Assembly: GCA_038046765.1 (NCBI GenBank)
Contig: JBBSVN010000004.1
Location: forward strand, 32,001 to 96,000
Length of the DNA: 64,000 nt
Source: Candidatus Micrarchaeota archaeon
GTDB taxonomy: Archaea; Micrarchaeota; Micrarchaeia; Anstonellales; Bilamarchaeaceae
Direction: 5' to 3'
The translations under genes were made by a program, and so were the position numbers. Below the pieces are notes generated by a model. That model was given only the letters and a program-made list of their open reading frames with translations. It did no database searches and was not told the DNA's origin. This document shows, one piece after another, positions 59,510-64,000 of the stretch. Every line of letters begins with the position of its first letter. The stretch's first letter is position 1.

Positions 59510-60262
59510 TTAAAAGCGATCTGTAATCCTAGACCATTGGTTTTGAACTATACGTGCGTAATTTTCAATTCCTTTTATAACATCCTCAATTTTCTGAGTT
59601 GCAGCAAGATGATCAGAATTTAACGGCCAGGTAACTGCAAAACTATCGCAAATATACGGACTATTGTAAGTACCTGGCTCTTTGGATTCTAGAGAATATA
59701 AAATAAAACCAATTATATCTGGACTACTAAGAGTAATATCTACCTTATGTGTATAATCATCGCATGAAAGAGTAAGACTACGATCAACTATGCCGCCCTC
59801 CGCGGTTTCTTTTATAGTAAGTTGTTCAATAGAGGATTCATCGTTTCCAAACGATTCTTCTCCAGCTGGATTCTGGAAAATCTCGATAGGACCGTTTACA
59901 TTTCCAGATATTTTTTTAGATAATTGACCAGTTTTACTTACTGCAACTAATAACGCTTGGTTAAAATCAGTCTCAAGTCCGACATCAATAGTTTCAATGC
60001 CTCTTGTATAAATAGACCCCACTCTTCCTTCAACACGATAAGACTTTGATAAGTCAAAACAGGCAGATGGTTCTTTGACTTCTTGAGAAAGAACATCAGT
60101 TAAAAGAAGATTAGTAAAATGTTTCATACGAAGTGTCGATTTTGCTTTTTCTTGGAACGCATCAACTGAATCCAACATGGTCAGACGAGATTTGCATATA
60201 ACCGTAATTAAATCTCGTTCACCGCGCATTGGAACGCATTTGACAGTATGTAGAGAAGACAT
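59510..60262 (-). CDS. hypothetical protein
   Basis: 250-aa ORF, no motif recognised. Confidence 0.6.
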   Translation of the reverse strand: MSSLHTVKCVPMRGERDLITVICKSRLTMLDSVDAFQEKAKSTLRMKHFTNLLLTDVLSQEVKEPSACFDLSKSYRVEGRVGSIYTRGIETIDVGLETDFNQALLVAVSKTGQLSKKISGNVNGPIEIFQNPAGEESFGNDESSIEQLTIKETAEGGIVDRSLTLSCDDYTHKVDITLSSPDIIGFILYSLESKEPGTYNSPYICDSFAVTWPLNSDHLAATQKIEDVIKGIENYARIVQNQWSRITDRF

Positions 60263-60271
60263 TTGAAAACC

Positions 60272-60973
60272 TTAAACCAGCACAAACCCATTATCAGATA
60301 TCTCACAGGGATAAATCTTAGTTGAATGCGCAACTCCTTTCATTTTTAAAACTTCGATTGCTCTTGTTCTTTGCTTTTCTTTTGGAGAATATAAATAATA
60401 AATATGTATCCAACCATCTGAAAATGTTTCTACACCGTATTTTGTATCAGGTAAAACATCAAGAGTTGTAGCCGGAACGTCTTCTGAAATTAGTAGTACG
60501 GTTACGCCCCATTTACGTAAACCATCGATAAATTTTATAAAGTTCTTTTTCCGTTCATCATCAGTTTGAAAATGCAGAGCAAGGGGGAGTATGGAATCGA
60601 TAACTACTCGCTTAATTCCAAAACTATTTATTAATTCCTGAATTGCACCGCTATTATTAAGAAGCTGGTCAACCTCGTGAAATGGATAATCAAGGAAAAC
60701 AATTTGTTTATTTTTTTCAAATTTAGCAATATCCCAAGAGTAACTTCTAAGATGATCAAAAACAGCCTGTCTGCCCTCTTCAATTGAAATGTATAATCCA
60801 GACTCCTTATTTTTAGCTCCTTCAACTAAAAACTGCATGCCGAAGGTACTTTTACCAGATCCAGTTGAACCGCTTAAAGTAATTACACTGCCCTTAAGCA
60901 ATCCTCCACCTAAAATTTCATCGAAATCTTCAACACCGCTTTTTATGAATGTCCGCTCCATGGAAAAAATCAC
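60272..60973 (-). CDS. KaiC/RAD55-like RecA-superfamily ATPase
   Basis: SGVEDFDEILGGG, GSTGSGKST, YISIEE, RVVIDS, VLKMKG. Confidence 0.9.
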   Translation of the reverse strand: MIFSMERTFIKSGVEDFDEILGGGLLKGSVITLSGSTGSGKSTFGMQFLVEGAKNKESGLYISIEEGRQAVFDHLRSYSWDIAKFEKNKQIVFLDYPFHEVDQLLNNSGAIQELINSFGIKRVVIDSILPLALHFQTDDERKKNFIKFIDGLRKWGVTVLLISEDVPATTLDVLPDTKYGVETFSDGWIHIYYLYSPKEKQRTRAIEVLKMKGVAHSTKIYPCEISDNGFVLV

Positions 60974-61503
60974 TTATCATCTTTTTTATCCAAAATTGCC
61001 CGACCAACTTTTATTCTATTTTCTAAGTACACCTTATATCTTTCTAAATCTTCCGTAGATGAGGTTTTTTCTGCAATAGTCTTTTTAATACCAAACCAAT
61101 TCGCAGAAACAGACATTAGTATATCTTGTATCGTCTGAACGCTAAGTTCAAAATGATTAGGCCTAAGGATTTCAACATTTAGCGGATTAAAAAGAGAACA
61201 TAAGTTTATCAAAGTAAGTAAATCTTTTACAAGAACTTTTACCTCGATAGATGTGGAAAAAACTTTATCTGTTTCTACGGGTTCGTTAATTTCGCCTAGC
61301 GCGTATATTACACCCTGGGTTTTAATTATTGAATCAATAAATCCTGTTGAAAGACTAGTTAAATTGTCTTTATCAGAAGAGTGTAAGTCAAAATATAATA
61401 GGCAGAGCGTACCTCCCTTGCTTATTGCATCATTAGTTATTTTATCAGCGTCAACCATAATTACAGTAGACCTCAAAGTAAATAAAAACTGATTGGTTTG
61501 CAA
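60970..61503 (-). CDS. hypothetical archaeal protein (likely start MVDADK near 61458)
   Basis: ORF overlapping the KaiC-like gene; FNPLNVEILRP. Confidence 0.65.
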   Translation of the reverse strand: MQTNQFLFTLRSTVIMVDADKITNDAISKGGTLCLLYFDLHSSDKDNLTSLSTGFIDSIIKTQGVIYALGEINEPVETDKVFSTSIEVKVLVKDLLTLINLCSLFNPLNVEILRPNHFELSVQTIQDILMSVSANWFGIKKTIAEKTSSTEDLERYKVYLENRIKVGRAILDKKDDK

Positions 61504-61719
61504 GACGCGATTTCGAATTTTATAATAAAAAATAAACTATTTTTATAAAAATCGTTCGATTTTACTTAGAAAGATATACAAAAAGTACCATATTAGCGCC
61601 CGACAGTAAACCAAGACATACGCTCCCACTTGGGCAGAAAGAGGTCAGTCTATATTACATACTTGTAGGGCATCGCACTAAAATATGCTAATAGCGATCC
61701 AGAGAACTTCGTTCTCTAA

Positions 61720-61745
61720 ATCGTCAAGTGTGCGCACTTGCCGAT
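61720..61745. repeat. third, partial copy of the CAAGTG-N4-CACTTG hairpin module
   Basis: ATCGTCAAGTG-TGCG-CACTTGCCGAT: same arms as copies 1 and 2, different loop. Confidence 0.75.
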
Positions 61746-61888
61746 ACCAGCAGATGCATGCTTCTCTCATACTCGAATTTACTTTGGAGATTACTGCCCG
61801 AGGCTCTCGGATTACAAAAGATGTTAAGGATCACTACAATTAGCATTTAACATATTATTATTTAAATACAAACTGGCAAATTAAATTC

Positions 61889-62848
61889 ATGGAAAATTCT
61901 ACTATTACTAGTTCGAACAAGAGAGATTTATTTGTAAAAAAGTCCAGGCTCGCAGTTACAGAGGCACTAAAAAGCAGAGATATGCTTTTAGTCGGAGTTA
62001 CACGTACACTTGATGATTTAGATAAAACGATAAACTTGCTAAATGAGCGTTTACAGGACTGGTATGGAGTTTATTTTCCTGAGCTTAAAGTTGAAGAGCC
62101 ACAAAAATATGCTCAAGTCGTATTAGGTTTTGACAAAGAAACCCCAGACTTAGAATTCCTTAAAGGAATTGTTGGCGATAATAGAGCTCACGATTTAGTT
62201 AACCGAAGCCAGAGAAGCTTAGGTGCAAAAATAAGTGCAACAGACTTAGGTGCTTGTAGGATGCTGGCACAACAAGTAACGGACATGTATTCTTTAAGGG
62301 AAAAATATCAAAAATACCAACAGGAATTAACAGAAGACATTTGCCCAAACATTGCATATATTACAGGATATATGCTTGCTGCAAAATTAATTACCCACAT
62401 AGGTTCAATTAAAAGATTTGCGATTCTTCCAGCTAGTACAATACAGGTTCTTGGTGCTGAAAAGGCATTATTTAAGCACTTAAAAAATAGAAGAATTGCA
62501 CCACCAAAGCACGGTTTAATTTTCCAGTTCCCGCAATTAGGAAGCGCTCCTAAAAGAGTTCGAGGAAAGATCGCAAGAGCATTAGCTAATAAGATTTCAT
62601 TAGCAGCTAAAGCAGATGCATTTACAAAGAATTTTATTGCCGAACAAATCAAAAAGGACTTTGAAGTCCGAATGAAACAAATAATGGAGGAAAGTAAGGG
62701 CGAGAAGAAAGTAAAAGAAGGGGCAATCAAGTATATAACCGAAGATGAAGCAGAAGGAAATAAACAAGAAGGCGGTCGTGGCGGTGGAAATCGCGGAGGA
62801 AATAGAGGCGGCTTTAGAAGAAATGATAGAAAAGGAGGAAGACGTTAA
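61889..62848 (+). CDS. nop5: C/D box RNP protein Nop5 (Nop56/58) with RGG-rich tail
   Basis: WYGVYFPEL, PASTIQVLGAEKALF, PPKHGLIF, RGKIARALA. Confidence 0.93.
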   Translation: MENSTITSSNKRDLFVKKSRLAVTEALKSRDMLLVGVTRTLDDLDKTINLLNERLQDWYGVYFPELKVEEPQKYAQVVLGFDKETPDLEFLKGIVGDNRAHDLVNRSQRSLGAKISATDLGACRMLAQQVTDMYSLREKYQKYQQELTEDICPNIAYITGYMLAAKLITHIGSIKRFAILPASTIQVLGAEKALFKHLKNRRIAPPKHGLIFQFPQLGSAPKRVRGKIARALANKISLAAKADAFTKNFIAEQIKKDFEVRMKQIMEESKGEKKVKEGAIKYITEDEAEGNKQEGGRGGGNRGGNRGGFRRNDRKGGRR

Positions 62849-62919
62849 ACTTGATTTTATTAGGTAATTATAAATGTAAATACGTGTCTTTATAAATATT
62901 TTGGAGCATAACAATTTAT

Positions 62920-63396
62920 ATGAAAAAACTTCTTTTTCGTAGTGATTTAACCTCCCGCAGCCCTGCAGAAATAAAAAAAGAACTAAGTAAAGCCAGAAGC
63001 GCGACGCATCCTAAAAAAATGGCTCTATTTTTTGATGATGACGAAAGATCTATAATTTATGCAGAACCAAAAAAAGTGACGCGTGAAGACATCCACCTAA
63101 GCTTTGAAAGCGATTATACTGGTGAGAGGACAAGTTTAACAGATATACAAATAGAATTAATTGTAGGTATAGAAACTTACGCTTATAGCGGAAATATGGA
63201 TAGATTTGGTAATTATCCAAAAGGTAGTACAGACCATTATCAATTTGCAGCTTTAGAAGAATTGATTAATGCAGGCTTACTTATAGAAACAACAGGTGCT
63301 AACGGTACCAGAATGGCACAAATATCAGATCTTGCTCGTGCTGGAAAATACAGAATTGTAGCTGAAGTTTACGAGGAACAAATTGAAACAGATTAA
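62920..63396 (+). CDS. hypothetical protein
   Basis: 158-aa ORF. Confidence 0.55.
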   Translation: MKKLLFRSDLTSRSPAEIKKELSKARSATHPKKMALFFDDDERSIIYAEPKKVTREDIHLSFESDYTGERTSLTDIQIELIVGIETYAYSGNMDRFGNYPKGSTDHYQFAALEELINAGLLIETTGANGTRMAQISDLARAGKYRIVAEVYEEQIETD

Positions 63397-63426
63397 GCTA
63401 AGTATAAAAGTCAACAAACTTATCTA

Positions 63427-63960
63427 CTATTTTGGTTCCTTCTCAAAAACTACTTTTCTACCTGTTTCTTTTTCTAGTTGTGTTGCGACTTTTTCTTGCA
63501 TCTCTGATTCAGTAATGTCCGATTTATCGATAAATTTTATATTAAAACTGGATCCCTTAAAAAGACGATAATAGGCTGTAATAAAAGGAGTAGCAAGCGT
63601 CCAAAGTATTCTCTGTGCAACAGATGGATTAAATAATTCTATTCCTGTCTCGGTTCTTACTTGAAAATGATAAGTTACATAACTGCGTCTAATTTCTTTT
63701 GTTTCTTTAACTTCTTTAGCAGGTAAAACCACCGGAGGGTACTTCCCAGTAATAATAATTTCTGATGACGAACCTAGAGTCGGATGTGTTTTTAGAGGAA
63801 CAGGGGTCTTAAATAATTGAAAATAATATCTTGAATTAGGGGATTCGCATTTTGGAGCTTGAGGTTTTTTAGATATTGGTCTTGACATAAGTATATCACC
63901 AATAATAAGTGCACAGAGAGAGTATTTATATCTTTCGTTTTTTATCTTTTTTAACAACAT
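63427..63960 (-). CDS. hypothetical protein (likely start MSRPISKK)
   Basis: GGTGAT SD before the internal ATG. Confidence 0.55.
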   Translation of the reverse strand: MLLKKIKNERYKYSLCALIIGDILMSRPISKKPQAPKCESPNSRYYFQLFKTPVPLKTHPTLGSSSEIIITGKYPPVVLPAKEVKETKEIRRSYVTYHFQVRTETGIELFNPSVAQRILWTLATPFITAYYRLFKGSSFNIKFIDKSDITESEMQEKVATQLEKETGRKVVFEKEPK

Positions 63961-64000
63961 TTAGTGAAATTCGCTTAATTTTATAAATATTTGTATGCAC

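Noticed and set aside
61596..61812. RNase P RNA, SRP RNA or C/D guide RNA
   Set aside because: Could not find GAGGAAAGUCC-type, SRP helix-8 or RUGAUGA motifs on either strand; kept only as unknown structured region

Overview
AT-rich archaeal chromosomal window. Archaeal markers are Trm5, ATP-dependent DNA ligase, Nop5, DUF357, an intron-containing tRNA and GGTGAT/GAGGTG ribosome-binding sites; gene content suggests a DPANN archaeon, possibly Micrarchaeota (inference). It carries a bacterial-type shikimate/Phe/Tyr operon with aroA-aroC and aroE-aroK fusions, a trpEGDCBA operon without trpF, three VapBC pairs, housekeeping genes and a diversity-generating retroelement (DGR: target, TR and RT, no local avd). 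The most striking unexplained signal is a recurring motif, RGG-GAT-NNN-C(TT/GG)-[sensor codon], in short SD-led leader ORFs whose +1 frame is the real gene. The sensor codon is Trp at trpE and His at four sites in the operon leading to hisS, which suggests amino-acid-sensing programmed +1 frameshifting with prfB-like geometry. Other highlights: a Trp/Phe/Tyr-rich leader peptide plus terminator-like hairpin before the aro operon, a DGR RT broken at an (AG)7 tract, a modular hairpin element bounded by inverted heptamer repeats, a T-loop intron in tRNA-Pro, and three tandem NlpC/P60-like peptidases near VanX and a racemase. All calls are by eye from sequence and motifs; no database searches were run.
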